64,000 nt of DNA from Coraliomargaritaceae bacterium (GTDB taxonomy: Bacteria; Verrucomicrobiota; Verrucomicrobiia; Opitutales; Coraliomargaritaceae), in NCBI GenBank assembly GCA_965656495.1, contig CBFHKU010000005.1, positions 118,348 to 182,347 of the forward strand, read 5' to 3'. This document shows, piece after piece, positions 37,221 through 48,444 of this stretch (positions within the stretch are counted from its first letter, which is position 1; the number at the start of each line of letters is the position of its first letter). The translations under genes and the position numbers were made by a program. Under the pieces are notes generated by a model. The model was not told the origin of the DNA, made no database searches, and saw nothing but the letters and a program-made list of their open reading frames with translations.

Positions 37221-37354
37221 GAGTGGAAATTTTTAGCTTCTGGATGGCGTGGCTTGACTTGAGGGCTTACATCTTAGAGCCATGTTTATTACAAAATTGC
37301 AACTTTGCATCGCCATTCGCTAGAAATGCCTTTTTCCTATCTACACAATTACTC

Positions 37355-39265
37355 ATGAGTGACCCTTTGAAGCATGAATGCGGCATTGCGATGATCCGCC
37401 TCCTCAAGCCCCTGTCCTACTATCAGGAAAAATACGGCACACCGCTTTACGGCTTCAATCAACTCTTTCTCTTGATGGAGAAACAGCACAATCGCGGGCA
37501 GGATGGTGCCGGGATCGGTTGTGTAAAACTGGGCGTTGAACCGGGGAACCCCTATATGTTCCGCGACCGCAGCATTAAAAGCAACCCCCTCGCTCGCATC
37601 TTTGACGGACAACTGGAGGAATACAACCGCTTGATGGCGGCAGGCACCCTGCACCCGGAGTTTCCTGCGACCGTGAAGGAAAACTTCGACTTTGGGGGCG
37701 AAATCCTGCTCGGGCATTTGCGCTACGGCACCTCCGGGGTCTACACTTCCGCAAACTGCCACCCCTTTGTGCGCCAATCGAATTGGCCGACCAAGAACCT
37801 CATGTTGGCGGGCAATTTCACTATTACCAATGAGAAGGAAATCAATAATTCCCTCATTGAACGCGGGCAGCACCCGATCTTTGGTACCGATACGCAGGCG
37901 GTCCTCGAGGCAATCGGCTTCCACCTCGACGAGGCACACGACGCGATCTATCACCGTATGCGCGACACCATGCAGGGCGGGCAGATCCCTGAAGTTATAA
38001 GTACCGACCTCGACCCGGTTCGCATTTTGCGCAAGGCCGCCGCCGACTGGGACGGCGGTTACACCATCGCGGGGCTCATCGGAAACGGGGATTGCTTCGT
38101 GATGCGTGACCCCCGTGGGATTCGCCCCTGTTTCTATTTTCAAAACGAAGAAGTCATCGCCTTCGCTTCCGAACGCGTCGCGCTCATGACGATTTTTAAT
38201 CAACCCATTGAGCGGGTCTGCGAATTGGAACCGGGTACCGCCACCGTTATCAAGAACGACGGACGGATTTACTGCGAGCCCTTCACCGAGAAGCAAAAGC
38301 TCAGCCCCTGTTCTTTTGAGCGCATCTATTTCTCGCGCGGCAATGACGCCGACATCTACCGCGAGCGCAAAGCCCTCGGTGCGGCGCTGAAGGATCAAGT
38401 CGTCAAGGCGATCAACAACGATTTCGCCCGCAGCGTCTTCAGTTTTGTTCCCAATACGGCGGAGACCGCCTACCACGGCTTGCTGGAGGGACTCCGTCTC
38501 CATCGCCGTGAGGAGGTCAAGCAAACTCTCCTCGATGCCCAGCGCGATGGAACCCTTACCGAAAAACTGATCGATGACTTGATTATGGGCAACTGGCCCC
38601 GGGGCGAAAAGATCGCCCACAAGGACATCAAGCTCCGCACCTTTATCTCGCAGGAGAAAGGCCGCGCCCAACTGGTTTCGCACGTTTACGACATCACTTA
38701 TGGCGTCGTCAAAGAAGGGGACTGCCTCGTCTGTATCGACGATTCCATCGTGCGTGGCACCACCCTTAAGGAATCGATCCTCAACATTCTCAGCCGCACC
38801 AAACCGCGCAAAATCGTGGTGGCATCCACCGCCCCGCAAATTCGCTACCCGGATTGCTACGGGATTGATATGTCCGAGCTCGGGAAATTTATCGCCTTCA
38901 AGGCGGCGGTCGCGCTTCTCGAGGACGACGGGCACAGCGAGCTCCTGCAGGAGGTCTATCAGGAATGCGTCGCGCAATCCAAACTACCGGCTCATCAAAT
39001 GGTCAATTGCGTGCGCCGAATCTACGACCGTTATACCGACCAACAAATCGCCGCCAAGATCGCGGAATTGGTCTACCCTAAAAATGTTGTCTGGACCGGG
39101 CAGCTCGAAATCGAATTTCTAACCGTTGAAAAAATGCGCGCCGCGATTCCCGAGCATAACGGGGATTGGTATTTCACCGGGGAGTATCCAACTCCCGGGG
39201 GTTACGCCACCTTGAATCGCGCCTTTATCAATTATTACGAAAACAAAGACGGACGCGCCTATTAG
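37355..39265 (+). CDS. purF: amidophosphoribosyltransferase (long type)
   Basis: [10 protein letters not shown] propeptide/Cys1, [32 protein letters not shown]. Confidence 0.95.
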   Translation: MSDPLKHECGIAMIRLLKPLSYYQEKYGTPLYGFNQLFLLMEKQHNRGQDGAGIGCVKLGVEPGNPYMFRDRSIKSNPLARIFDGQLEEYNRLMAAGTLHPEFPATVKENFDFGGEILLGHLRYGTSGVYTSANCHPFVRQSNWPTKNLMLAGNFTITNEKEINNSLIERGQHPIFGTDTQAVLEAIGFHLDEAHDAIYHRMRDTMQGGQIPEVISTDLDPVRILRKAAADWDGGYTIAGLIGNGDCFVMRDPRGIRPCFYFQNEEVIAFASERVALMTIFNQPIERVCELEPGTATVIKNDGRIYCEPFTEKQKLSPCSFERIYFSRGNDADIYRERKALGAALKDQVVKAINNDFARSVFSFVPNTAETAYHGLLEGLRLHRREEVKQTLLDAQRDGTLTEKLIDDLIMGNWPRGEKIAHKDIKLRTFISQEKGRAQLVSHVYDITYGVVKEGDCLVCIDDSIVRGTTLKESILNILSRTKPRKIVVASTAPQIRYPDCYGIDMSELGKFIAFKAAVALLEDDGHSELLQEVYQECVAQSKLPAHQMVNCVRRIYDRYTDQQIAAKIAELVYPKNVVWTGQLEIEFLTVEKMRAAIPEHNGDWYFTGEYPTPGGYATLNRAFINYYENKDGRAY

Positions 39266-39323
39266 CCGGAGCCAGCTGCTCTTCTCAAGCGATGCCGTCA
39301 CACCTCGCAAACAATTCCTATTT

Positions 39324-40877
39324 ATGAATAAGACCGCCTTACTCTCCGTAAGTGATAAAACCGGACTCGTGCCCTTCGCACGCGCCCTTGTTGAAACGCA
39401 TGGTTATCGCCTCCTTTCCACCGGTGGAACCGCCAAACTCCTCGAGAGCGAAGGCATCCCCGTGACCGAGGTCAGCGACCACACCGGTTTTCCGGAAATG
39501 ATGGAGGGCCGCGTCAAGACCCTGCACCCCAAGATCCACGGGGGTCTCCTCGCGCGGCGCGACAAGGCCGATCATCTCGAAGCCGCCGAAGCACATGGCA
39601 TCGACCTCATCGACCTCGTGGTTGTAAACCTCTATCCCTTTGAAGCGACCGTTGCGAAACCCGACGTCAGTTTCGAACTCGCCATTGAAAACATCGACAT
39701 CGGTGGCCCCTCCATGCTGCGCAGTGCCGCCAAGAATCACGCCGCCGTCACGGTGGTGGTGGACGCTGCCGATTACGACCGCGTCCTCGCCGCGATGGCG
39801 GACGAGGCCGCGCTGGCAGACTTGCGCCGCGAGTTGGCACTCAAGGTCTTTGAACGCACTGCAGCCTACGACGGCGCAATTGCCGCCTACTTGCAGGGTC
39901 AGGTTGCCGGTGCCGAGCCCGACCTCGCCGCCATTGCGGGCGTGCCGAATCGCTTCAAGACCGACCTCCCGCAAGCCGCCGCCCTCCGCTACGGTGAAAA
40001 TCCCCACCAGCAGGCCGCGCTCTACGGCAGTTTCTTTGATTGCTTTGACCAGTTACAGGGCAAGGCGCTCAGCTTCAATAACATCATTGATATCACCGCC
40101 GCGACTTACCTCATCGGGGAATTCCAAAAGCCCACTATCGCGATTCTCAAGCACACCAATCCCTGCGGCGTCGCATCCGCCGATAACCTCGTGACCGCAT
40201 GGGAGCAGGCCTTTGCGACCGACCAGCAGGCGCCCTTTGGCGGCATCATTGTCGCGAATCAATCAATCGATGCGGACCTCGCCACCATCATCGCCGGGAT
40301 TTTCTGTGAAGTCATCATCGCACCCGATTTCACTCCCGCCGCCCGCGAGATTTTTGACAAGAAAAAGAATCTGCGCCTCATGACCGCGAAGGGGAGCCTT
40401 CCCGCTGATTCCCTTCAGGAAGTCCGTTCGGTGGTCGGGGGCCTGCTCCTTCAGGATCGCGACACCATGCCCGACCGCCCTGGCGATTGGAAGGTCGTCA
40501 CCAAGCGCCAACCCACCGAGGAGGAAATGCGCGCGATGGTCTTTGGCTGGAATGTCGTCAAGCATGTTAAATCCAACGCCATTGTTTACGCCGGTTGCGA
40601 ACGCACTCTCGGGGTCGGCGCCGGTCAGATGTCACGGGTCGACAGTTCCAAGATCGCAGTTTGGAAGGCGGGGGAAGCCGGACTTTCCCTCGATGGTTCG
40701 GTGGTTTGCTCCGACGCCTTCTTTCCTTTTGCGGACGGACTCGAAGCCGCCGCCGAAGCGGGTGCGACTGCTGCGATTCAACCGGGTGGTTCGGTGCGCG
40801 ACGACGAAGTCATTGCCGCTGCGGACGCCCGCGACATGGCGATGATCTTTACCGGCAAGCGTCATTTCAAACATTAG
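39324..40877 (+). CDS. purH: AICAR transformylase/IMP cyclohydrolase
   Basis: [43 protein letters not shown]. Confidence 0.98.
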   Translation: MNKTALLSVSDKTGLVPFARALVETHGYRLLSTGGTAKLLESEGIPVTEVSDHTGFPEMMEGRVKTLHPKIHGGLLARRDKADHLEAAEAHGIDLIDLVVVNLYPFEATVAKPDVSFELAIENIDIGGPSMLRSAAKNHAAVTVVVDAADYDRVLAAMADEAALADLRRELALKVFERTAAYDGAIAAYLQGQVAGAEPDLAAIAGVPNRFKTDLPQAAALRYGENPHQQAALYGSFFDCFDQLQGKALSFNNIIDITAATYLIGEFQKPTIAILKHTNPCGVASADNLVTAWEQAFATDQQAPFGGIIVANQSIDADLATIIAGIFCEVIIAPDFTPAAREIFDKKKNLRLMTAKGSLPADSLQEVRSVVGGLLLQDRDTMPDRPGDWKVVTKRQPTEEEMRAMVFGWNVVKHVKSNAIVYAGCERTLGVGAGQMSRVDSSKIAVWKAGEAGLSLDGSVVCSDAFFPFADGLEAAAEAGATAAIQPGGSVRDDEVIAAADARDMAMIFTGKRHFKH

Positions 40878-40917
40878 TGCGGCTTGCCAAGTGCCGCTCC
40901 GGCGCTACACTGTGGGT

Positions 40918-41700
40918 ATGCTGAAATTGACTACCCAATTCGTAGCCCTTGTGCTTGCCTTGCATTTCTCGGCCTGTACCACTGTGCCCGTCACGGGGCG
41001 CAAGGCCATGCATATCTATCCCGAGGGAGAAATCGCTCGCATGGCAGTGAGCCAGTTTGAGGATTTGAAAAAAGAGACCGCGCTCTCTACCGACCCGGAG
41101 CTAAACGCCCGCGTCCAACGTGTCGGTCAACGCATCGCCCGCGTCGCGGCGCACGATCTCTCCAACGCCGAGTGGGAATTTGTGGTCTTTGATGACCCCG
41201 AACAGATCAATGCTTTTGCGATGCCCGGCGGAAAGGTCGCGGTTTACACCGGTCTTTTTAAAGTTGCCCAGACTGACGCCGATCTCGCGGTCGTGATCGG
41301 TCATGAAATCGCCCACGTGGTGGCACGCCATGCCTCTGAGCGCGTCAGTCAACAAATCCTCGCGGCGGGCGGAACCCTCGCGGCGGCAGTTGGCACGAGA
41401 GATATGGATGCCGGTCAACGCCGCTTGATCCTAGCGGGGGTGGGCTTGGGTACTACGGTAGGGGTCATGCTGCCCTACAGCCGTTTGCACGAGAGCGAGG
41501 CCGACGCCATCGGCATCCTCTATTCCGCCGAAGCCGGTTACGATCCCCGCGCCGCGATTGGTTTTTGGGAACGCATGGCGGCGGAAAAATCCGACAGTCC
41601 TCCGGAGTTTCTTTCAACGCACCCCTCTGACGCCACGCGCATCCGCAAATTGCATGCCCTCATGCCGGAAGCGGTCGCGATTTATGAAGCGGGTCTTTAG
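40918..41700 (+). CDS. M48 family metallopeptidase lipoprotein
   Basis: FSAC lipobox, NAFAMPGG, HEIAH, ESEAD, STHP. Confidence 0.92.
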   Translation: MLKLTTQFVALVLALHFSACTTVPVTGRKAMHIYPEGEIARMAVSQFEDLKKETALSTDPELNARVQRVGQRIARVAAHDLSNAEWEFVVFDDPEQINAFAMPGGKVAVYTGLFKVAQTDADLAVVIGHEIAHVVARHASERVSQQILAAGGTLAAAVGTRDMDAGQRRLILAGVGLGTTVGVMLPYSRLHESEADAIGILYSAEAGYDPRAAIGFWERMAAEKSDSPPEFLSTHPSDATRIRKLHALMPEAVAIYEAGL

Positions 41701-41748
41701 CGCCGCTGCGGCTTGCATCTTCTCAAAATCGCGGCATCGTCTGCTACT

Positions 41749-43122
41749 ATGATTGATCCGCTTAAGACCCTCAGCGAATACGCGCGCTTTCCCTCGGTTT
41801 CTACCGATCCCGCCTACGCGGAGGGTATGGCACAGGCGCGTGACTACGCCACCGCGCTCCTGAAGCAGCTGGGTTTTGAGGTCGAAGTCGTCGAGACCAA
41901 GCTCCATCCTATTCTTCTCGCGGAACGACACGGCAACCCCGATTGGCCCCACGTCGTCATTTACGGTCACTACGATGTGCAACCCGCCGATCCCTTCGAG
42001 TTGTGGACCTCGCCCGCCTTTGAACCGACCGTCCGCGAGGGCCGGCTCTACGGTCGCGGAACCGCCGATAACAAAGGACCGACGGTCGTCCACATGAGCG
42101 CCCTTGCGCGGGTGCTGGAAGCGCATCCGGATTTACCGCTCAACCTCACCTACGTGATCGAGGGGGAAGAGGAAATCGGAAGCCCCAGTATGCCGGAATT
42201 TTTTGACCGCTACGCCGAACGGCTCGCAAAAGCGGACTGCCTGCTCGTTTCCGATACCGGCAGTCCCAACACCGAACAACTCGTCATCACGACCGGTTTG
42301 CGGGGTCTCGTGGACCTCGAGGTAAAACTGCGCGGGCCTGCCAGCGATCTGCATTCCGGGATTCACGGGGGCGCGGTCTATAATCCCCTGCAGGCGCTTG
42401 CCGAAATCTGTGCCTCCCTGCACAATCCCGACGGCAGCGTCAACGTCCCGGGCTTTTATGACGACGTTCTGCCGCTTTACGATTGGGAACGCGCCGAGTT
42501 GAAACGTTACCCCGAAACGGAGGAGAGCTATGCGAAACTCCTCGACGTGCCGGGCTTTTATCCCGCGAACGGACTTTCGCCCCTCGAGGCGGTGCGCTTC
42601 GGTCCCACCCTCGAATTCAACGGCCTCGGTGGGGGTTACCAGGGGGAGGGCAGCAAGACCGTCATTCCCAGTGAAGCCTTTGCCAAAATCACCTGCCGCC
42701 TCGTGGCGGCTCAGGATCCCCATCAAATCCAGGACGCCGTCATCGCAGCGATTGAGTCGCGTTGCCCCAAGGGGGTGCAATGCCGGATTCGTCGCGGCGG
42801 GGTCGCCTCCGCCTACCTCGTGGTGCCGCCAGGTCGTGAGAACACCCCCGCCGATCAGGGGCCGGTGCTGGCGGGTGCCTTTGATGCCGCGCAAGCCGCG
42901 ATCGCCCATAACTTCGGGAAGGCGCCGCTCTACCTGCGCGAGGGGGGCAGCATCCCCGTCATTGCCGATTTCAAGGCGCGCGCCGGATTGGATGCCGTTA
43001 TGATCGGGCTCTTCACTCCGCTCGACAATCTCCACGCCCCCGACGAAAGTTTTGACCTCGGCTTAATGGAACGCGCCGTCACCGCCTTTGAGGATATCTT
43101 CAAATCCCTCGCGGGCGTCTAG
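41749..43122 (+). CDS. M20 family dipeptidase
   Basis: YGHYDVQP, GRGTADNKG, EGEEEIGS, DLHSG, HAPDE. Confidence 0.92.
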   Translation: MIDPLKTLSEYARFPSVSTDPAYAEGMAQARDYATALLKQLGFEVEVVETKLHPILLAERHGNPDWPHVVIYGHYDVQPADPFELWTSPAFEPTVREGRLYGRGTADNKGPTVVHMSALARVLEAHPDLPLNLTYVIEGEEEIGSPSMPEFFDRYAERLAKADCLLVSDTGSPNTEQLVITTGLRGLVDLEVKLRGPASDLHSGIHGGAVYNPLQALAEICASLHNPDGSVNVPGFYDDVLPLYDWERAELKRYPETEESYAKLLDVPGFYPANGLSPLEAVRFGPTLEFNGLGGGYQGEGSKTVIPSEAFAKITCRLVAAQDPHQIQDAVIAAIESRCPKGVQCRIRRGGVASAYLVVPPGRENTPADQGPVLAGAFDAAQAAIAHNFGKAPLYLREGGSIPVIADFKARAGLDAVMIGLFTPLDNLHAPDESFDLGLMERAVTAFEDIFKSLAGV

Positions 43123-43168
43123 GGCTTGCGGGTCGGGCATTGCTCTGGGTCTCGCCCTAGAAGATGTT

Positions 43169-43846
43169 TTATCCAGAGGATCCTGAACTATTTCGATTCC
43201 TAAGCGCTAAAAAAATTATCATAGCTCCCGTATAAATGATGCCTGCAAAAAGACTGTAATTTTTTATTTCAGGAATAACCGTCACCGATAGCTTTTCCCA
43301 AGCAATAAACCCTTTGTTGTCAGCATTAAGGTGTGTTAAGGTGATTGGGTCATTTGCATTTATCGTGAGGGCGCCTAAGGCGCTTGGCATTGTGTGCGTT
43401 TCATTGCCTGCTGTAAAACTGTGGTTGGTGATATCGTAATCCGTATTTTGGTAGCTTAAGCGTATTATATTATCTGAGCTGTCCGTTTGTGACTCGCCGC
43501 CATTAATGACACTATTTGTATAGGAATTAAGGCGTACTGCCTTGTTAAATGTCAGCGTCATAGAGTAGCCATTCGTTCCTGGAAGCATTTGTAAGCCAAG
43601 ATTCTGAATATAAAGTCGAGGCGCTCCTTGTGCGTCCAGGCTTTCCCAATTATAGGGCCCACTTTCCAGCGTTAGTTTTAAACCCGAACTAGGGTCCGTG
43701 TAGGACTCAACCCCATCACGATCGTAATCAAAGTCCTGAAAAAAATCATAAACTACCACCATCCCTTGAGCAAAAACGCTGGTAGCTCCCAATAGCACGC
43801 AATTAAAAATACCGATCCAGCGAAACAAGCTTTTGAATAAGAACAT
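43169..43846 (-). CDS. secreted protein with PEP-CTERM-like (IPE) C-terminal sorting signal
   Basis: Signal peptide; C-terminus VIPE-IKNYSLFAG, TM helix, RNR; AT-rich relative to neighbours. Confidence 0.65.
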   Translation of the reverse strand: MFLFKSLFRWIGIFNCVLLGATSVFAQGMVVVYDFFQDFDYDRDGVESYTDPSSGLKLTLESGPYNWESLDAQGAPRLYIQNLGLQMLPGTNGYSMTLTFNKAVRLNSYTNSVINGGESQTDSSDNIIRLSYQNTDYDITNHSFTAGNETHTMPSALGALTINANDPITLTHLNADNKGFIAWEKLSVTVIPEIKNYSLFAGIIYTGAMIIFLALRNRNSSGSSG

Positions 43847-43951
43847 GCTAATACCCTAATATATAAATAAAAATTTAACAAGTCCTTTCGGGTTAATTTT
43901 TTCATTTCGTATCCTGAATGATACATCAACAGCAGGTAATCGCCCACATGG

Positions 43952-44113
43952 CTATTGCCCCTGATCCGACCTTAGATCCGTTTTTTTAATATCGCAGCCT
44001 GTTGAATCACAACCACATCCGCCGGACTTCTTTTTGTGCCCAAAGACGCGATACAAAAATGCGAGCGCCCCCAGGAGGACGAGTACGACCAAGACTGTAT
44101 CCAAAAATTGCAT
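43952..44113 (-). CDS. FeoB-associated Cys-rich small membrane protein (53 aa)
   Basis: Hand-translated MQFLDTVLVVLVLLGALAFLYRVFGHKKKSGGCGCDSTGCDIKKTDLRSDQGQ; starts 7 bp after the feoB stop; absent from the ORF track. Confidence 0.8.
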   Translation of the reverse strand: MQFLDTVLVVLVLLGALAFLYRVFGHKKKSGGCGCDSTGCDIKKTDLRSDQGQ

Positions 44114-44120
44114 ACCGGCG

Positions 44121-46286
44121 TCAGGCGAGCCACATCCCGATTTGATAGGTGAGAACCGCCGCCACCCAGGCGAGGGCGGTTAGCCCAAAGAAACTTCCCG
44201 CGGCCCAGCCCCAGTGCAATTCCTTTGCAATCACCGCGACCGTTGCGCCGCATTGCATACAGAGGGCGAAGAATACCATGATGGAAAGCGCCACCGGTAA
44301 ATTGAAGACCGCCTCCCCGGTGCGCGGTCCCGATTCCCATTTCGCTTTGGTGAGGGTGGTGCGCAAGTCGTCCGAGCCTTCATCGATTTCCCCGCCGAGG
44401 GCGTAGGTGATCCCAAGGGTGGAAATAATGATTTCGCGGGCGGGGAAACTGGCGAGCACTCCGACCGTGATCTTCCAGTCATAGCCCGCCGGCGCGAAGA
44501 TCGGTTGCACGGTGCGTCCAAAACGTCCCATGTAGCTTTGTTCGAGGTAGGCGGCATTGACGCGGTGCTCGAGTTGCGCAGGGGAAAGAGCGGTGCTGCT
44601 TTCCGCCGCGGTCGCTTCGACCGCCTCGGCAAGTTCGGGCGGACGGGGAAAATAGAGGAGCGCCCAAATGACAATCGTCATGGCGCAAATCACGGTGCCG
44701 GCACGAATGATGAATTCCGAACCGCTCTCGTAGAGGCGATGCCAGATGCGGCTCAGTTGCGGCACGCGGTAATGGGGCAGCTCCATCACGAAGGGTTGGC
44801 TCGTCACGGAACGCGGGAGACTGCGGTGCAGGAGCCAGGCGAGCGGCCCCGCCAGCAATACCCCGATAAAATGCATCGCGAAGAGCGTGAGGCCCGCGAC
44901 TGCCGCGCCGTATTGCGGTTCAATAAAAGCCCCGATCATAAGGAGGTAAACCGGGAGACGCGCCGAGCAGCTCATGAGGGGCGCAATGAGAATCGTGATG
45001 CAACGCGCCTTGGGATCGCTGATCGTGCGGGTCGCGAGAATCCCCGGAATCGCACAGGCAAAACTGGAGAGGAGCGGCACGAAACTCTTGCCGTTCAAAC
45101 CGCTCCACGAAAAAAGTTTATCCATCAAAAAAGCGGCGCGTGCCATGTAGCCGGTCTCTTCCAAAAGCGCGATGAAGAAGAAGAGCACCAGGATCTGCGG
45201 CAGGAAAACCAAAAAGGCGCCAACCCCGCCAATCACGCCGTCCACTACCAGACTTTGTAACATGGGCGTCGCCGTCAAAAACCCGCCCGCGAAATCGCCG
45301 AGCTTCCCAACCCCGCCCTCGATTAAATCCATCAGCGGCCCCGCCCAAGTGTACACCGATTGAAAGACCACATACATCATCCCCACAAAGACGAGGAGGC
45401 CCCACACACGGTGCAGGAGGAGTTGATCAATGCTCTCGGAGGCGCTGCGTTTTTTCATGGCGGCCTGCCGTTCGAGAATGTCGTTGAGAAGGGGGTTGAG
45501 GAAACGATAGCGCAGGAGGGATTCTGCGGCATCGGGTTGATAGCCCCCCGTGTGGAGTTGTTCGCGGGCGCGGCGCAGGATCGGTTCGCGTTCCGCCGCG
45601 GGGGTCTTGAGGCGTTCCGCCACCGCGCTGCGTTTGTCAAAGAGGAGGCGTTGCAGTTCCCCTTCGCGCAGCGCTTCCCCGCGGTGCTCGATCAATTCAC
45701 TGCGCAAATAGTCCAGCGATTCCGTGACTGCTTCGGGCCAACGGGGACGCACCAGCATCGGTCCAGTCTCGAGGGCGCGGGTCACCGCATCCGCGAGGGC
45801 TCCCGTGCCGCGACGGGTGCGGGCCACGGTCGGCACCACCGGAACCCCGAGGCGTTGCTCCAGTAGTTTGCTGTCAATTTGCAAACCCTTGCGCTCCGCT
45901 ACGTCCCAGCAATTCAACGCAATCACCATCGGCACGCCCAACTCCGAGGCCTGCGAGGCAAGGTAGAGATTCCGTCTTAAATTTTCAACATCGACCACCA
46001 CGATCACGAGGTCGGGTGGGACGGCATCCGCGGAATGCCCCGCCAGAACGTCCACCGCCACGCGTTCATCGAGCGAGACCGCATTTAAATTATAGGTGCC
46101 GGGCAGGTCGATGAGATCGACCCGTTCCCCGCTCGGAAGAGTCCAGGTCCCGGTCTTTTTCTCCACCGTGACCCCCGCGTAATTCCCGACGTGCTGGTGC
46201 AGGCCGGTCAACATATTGAAAAGGGAGGTCTTGCCGGTGTTCGGATTCCCGATCAGCGCAACGCTCAACTGGCGGTCCGCATTCAT
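44121..46286 (-). CDS. feoB: ferrous iron transporter B
   Basis: GNPNTGKT, NYAGVTV, DLPG, GYMARAA, MSCSARLP. Confidence 0.97.
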   Translation of the reverse strand: MNADRQLSVALIGNPNTGKTSLFNMLTGLHQHVGNYAGVTVEKKTGTWTLPSGERVDLIDLPGTYNLNAVSLDERVAVDVLAGHSADAVPPDLVIVVVDVENLRRNLYLASQASELGVPMVIALNCWDVAERKGLQIDSKLLEQRLGVPVVPTVARTRRGTGALADAVTRALETGPMLVRPRWPEAVTESLDYLRSELIEHRGEALREGELQRLLFDKRSAVAERLKTPAAEREPILRRAREQLHTGGYQPDAAESLLRYRFLNPLLNDILERQAAMKKRSASESIDQLLLHRVWGLLVFVGMMYVVFQSVYTWAGPLMDLIEGGVGKLGDFAGGFLTATPMLQSLVVDGVIGGVGAFLVFLPQILVLFFFIALLEETGYMARAAFLMDKLFSWSGLNGKSFVPLLSSFACAIPGILATRTISDPKARCITILIAPLMSCSARLPVYLLMIGAFIEPQYGAAVAGLTLFAMHFIGVLLAGPLAWLLHRSLPRSVTSQPFVMELPHYRVPQLSRIWHRLYESGSEFIIRAGTVICAMTIVIWALLYFPRPPELAEAVEATAAESSTALSPAQLEHRVNAAYLEQSYMGRFGRTVQPIFAPAGYDWKITVGVLASFPAREIIISTLGITYALGGEIDEGSDDLRTTLTKAKWESGPRTGEAVFNLPVALSIMVFFALCMQCGATVAVIAKELHWGWAAGSFFGLTALAWVAAVLTYQIGMWLA

Positions 46287-46510
46287 CCGATCGCTTCTAC
46301 TTCAATCCGCGCCGCGTCCTCAATCCGCAGACTCATCTGACAACCGTTGAATTCAATCGCGATGGGATCCCCCAGCGGGGCCTCGTGCGTGAGGCGCAAT
46401 TCCTGATCCGGCAACAATCCCATCGTCATCAGACGCGCGATGCAGGGATTCCCGCTGTCGAGTTTCGTGACACGGAAGAGGCCGTCTTTTTTTATTCGAT
46501 CCAGTCGCAT
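46283..46510 (-). CDS. feoA: ferrous iron transport protein A
   Basis: RLMTMGLLP, APLGDPI, SLR; 4-bp overlap with feoB. Confidence 0.92.
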   Translation of the reverse strand: MRLDRIKKDGLFRVTKLDSGNPCIARLMTMGLLPDQELRLTHEAPLGDPIAIEFNGCQMSLRIEDAARIEVEAIG

Positions 46511-46529
46511 AGCTAATAAGAGCATTCAA

Positions 46530-46544
46530 TGAGATTTAGTCTCA
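46530..46544. promoter_or_regulatory. putative Fur-family operator
   Basis: TGAGATTTAGTCTCA ~20 bp upstream of the feoA ATG. Confidence 0.7.
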
Positions 46545-46590
46545 ACTGGCAACGAAGAAAAACCGCGAATCTAAAGAAAGCAAACCGGGC

Positions 46591-47127
46591 TTATAATTCG
46601 GAACCGAAGCGGGCCTTGTGACCTTTTGCAACCGCCACGTATTTGTCCGCCCATTCGCGGATTCCGGCGCGCTCCTCCGCGCTGAGTTCACGCACCACTT
46701 TAGCGGGTGCTCCCAGTACCAGCGAACCCGGCGGCACAATCGTTCCCTTCGTCACCAGCGCCCCCGCGCCCACGATCGATTGTTCCCCGATCACCGCGCC
46801 GTCCAGCACCGTCGCCTGCATCCCGATCAAACATTCGTCCCCGATTTCACAGGCATGAATCATTGCAGCGTGACCAATCGTCACGTAGCGACCGACCTTC
46901 ACCCCGAGTTCATCCGCCAAATGCACAATTGTCCCGTCCTGCACATTCGAGCCTTCCCCGATCTCAATCGTCTGGATATCACCCCGCAGGACCGCCCCGT
47001 GCCACACACTGCTGCCCGGCCCCAGCGTCACCGCTCCAATCACCACCGCACCCTTCGCCACGTAGGCGTCCGCCGCCACTTCCGGTTTGCGATCCAAATA
47101 TTCCTCCAAACGTTCTTCTATGGTCAT
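46591..47127 (-). CDS. gamma carbonic anhydrase family protein
   Basis: Hexapeptide repeats, LRGD, NVQDG..H, GH...H. Confidence 0.93.
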   Translation of the reverse strand: MTIEERLEEYLDRKPEVAADAYVAKGAVVIGAVTLGPGSSVWHGAVLRGDIQTIEIGEGSNVQDGTIVHLADELGVKVGRYVTIGHAAMIHACEIGDECLIGMQATVLDGAVIGEQSIVGAGALVTKGTIVPPGSLVLGAPAKVVRELSAEERAGIREWADKYVAVAKGHKARFGSEL

Positions 47128-47184
47128 TCCATGAAATTAGCAGAACTCGCCTGAAAGAAAAGGAAGATGTTGGGCGGTCATGAT

Positions 47185-47656
47185 CGTTGTAGGTTGTTAG
47201 TTGGGATCAGTCTTAATCTTAATAAGATGAAATATTCACCACGAAGGCAGTAAGAGCACGGAGCGGTGAGTGGACGCTGAATCTTTAATGAAAATCTCTG
47301 TGTACTTGGTGCCTTTGTTGTGAACTAATAAAGAACCACGCATGGAGAGGGAGTAGTGCCTTGAAGGTAAGAAACATCGAATATCGAACTTTGAAAAGGG
47401 GCAATGGGTTTGAATTAAACCACAGATTGCGCAGATGAGCACAGATTAAGACACTGTAACCGATCATCTGCGGTTGAGATGACCCTAGATCCTACTCTTA
47501 TTCTTAATCTTACCCTTGGTAAGAGGAAATATTCACCACGGAGAAACGGTATATCGTGGAAGCGGCAATCCTGCCGCTTTTGCTTGTGGCTGAAAAGCGA
47601 CAAGAGTGTCGCTTCCACGTCAGGTGTTTGAAAAGCGACAAGAGTGTCGCTTCCAC
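47185..47656. repeat. modular repeat island B-left
   Basis: Same modules as island A; REP-A at 47556, REP-B at 47595-47618 and 47633-47656. Confidence 0.93.
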
Positions 47657-47727
47657 GGTGAGCAATCAGATCAAGGCCACTTTTGAGTTGGCAAAGGAAT
47701 GACAGTTGTGCTTTAACCAAAAACTGC

Positions 47728-47913
<186 letters not shown>

Positions 47914-47919
47914 ATTCCC

Positions 47920-48420
47920 AACCACGAATGGCGAGGGCGTTGTACGTTGCTGGTTGTTAGTTCGGAATACCCTAAAACTTACTCTTACTCCTAATCTTAT
48001 TCTTAATCCTACTCTCAATAAGATGAAATATTCACCACGAAGGCACCAAGAGCACGGAGCGGTGAGTGGACCCTGAATCTTTAATGAAAATCTCCGTGTA
48101 CTCGCTGCCTCTGTGGTGAGTCAGTTGCTGGAACCACGAATGGGATGGCGTTGAACGTTGCTGGTTGTTAGTTGGGATTACCCTTGGTCTTACTCCTAAT
48201 CTTATTCTTAATCCTACTCTTAGTTAGGAGGAACATCGAAGTGCGACCGGGTTGTGTATCGTGGAAGCGGCAATCCTGCCGCTTTGCTTGCAGTTGGAAA
48301 GCGCGCAGGTGGGAAGGCAGTTGGGAACCCCGAACATTGAACATCGAGCATCGAACTTTAAAGGGATGGCAAATATGGGAAGGTGAGAAAGTACGATATT
48401 GAATAACAGCCTCGGTGGTG
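47920..48420. repeat. modular repeat island B-right
   Basis: GTTGTTAGTT and CTTACTCTTA modules, palindromic CACCAC element 48032-48119, REP-A at 48261, AACATCG module. Confidence 0.93.
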
Positions 48421-48444
48421 AGTCATTAGCAAGAACCCGGGGCC

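Noticed and set aside
37349..38977. 542-aa antisense ORF (similarly 21110-22567, 54952-56106, 55970-56929, 1504-2451, 61826-62848)
   Set aside because: These are shadows of well-supported genes on the opposite strand, favoured by high GC and skewed codon usage, and have no recognisable motifs.
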